Below are positions 23,879-24,000 of a stretch of DNA of 24,000 bases, piece after piece. Source of the stretch: Leptotrichia sp. oral taxon 212. GTDB lineage: Bacteria > Fusobacteriota > Fusobacteriia > Fusobacteriales > Leptotrichiaceae. Each line of letters opens with the position of its first letter. The stretch's first letter is position 1. The DNA lies in NCBI RefSeq assembly GCF_001274535.1, contig NZ_CP012410.1:755126-779125 (forward strand), in the 5' to 3' direction. The position numbers were made by a program, and so were the translations under genes. The notes below the pieces were generated by a model that was not told where the DNA came from, searched no databases, and worked only from the letters and a program-made list of their open reading frames with translations.

Positions 23879-24000
23879 TTTTTTATCCTTTACAGTTTTG
23901 TTTATAATTTTATCACAAATTGAATAAAAAAAGAACATTTACAAAAAATACTTTTCAAATTTAACAAAAAGAAAAAAGTCATAATTTTGTCAAAAATAAC

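Overview
This is a visibly AT-rich bacterial window. Gene content and style resemble Fusobacteriia (Leptotrichia/Fusobacterium-like), but that taxon call is inference only. I recognise about 23 protein-coding genes and no rRNA, tRNA, CRISPR array, transposase or integrase. From left to right: (1) The 3' part of a GH4 6-phospho-alpha-glucosidase gene and a GH13 alpha-glucosidase. (2) A lone, extremely AT-rich minus-strand gene whose product looks like a Rep_3 (iteron-plasmid RepA/pi-type) initiator, facing an AT-rich control region with paired ACGAA/TTCGT inverted repeats. (3) The most interesting block, about 4.2-12.2 kb, which is a same-strand locus. It joins a Lac/cellobiose-type PTS IIB+IIC to an unknown 298-aa protein, a stand-alone GrdB-N-terminal-like protein, a metal-ligand-degenerate M42 paralog, an intact M42 aminopeptidase, a cytoplasmic glycosylasparaginase-type Ntn hydrolase (GHDTVGM) and an M20 dipeptidase. 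I read it as a candidate PTS-dependent glyco-asparagine/N-glycopeptide salvage pathway, and I know of no characterised PTS for such substrates. The locus is interrupted by a strand-specific terminator and by a 226-bp MITE-like palindrome. (4) An OmpR/HK two-component system followed by two PepSY secreted proteins. (5) A plus-strand island with a lipoprotein carrying an acidic tail, a YafY/WYL regulator, a secreted unknown, a VOC/glyoxalase-fold protein and three GyrI-like ligand-binding proteins (two are a tandem duplicate). A perfect 10+10 bp palindrome lies in front of the VOC gene. (6) A second OmpR/HK system apparently co-transcribed with a secreted GH16 glycanase. All family assignments come from motif recognition by eye and memory. 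None has been confirmed by a search.
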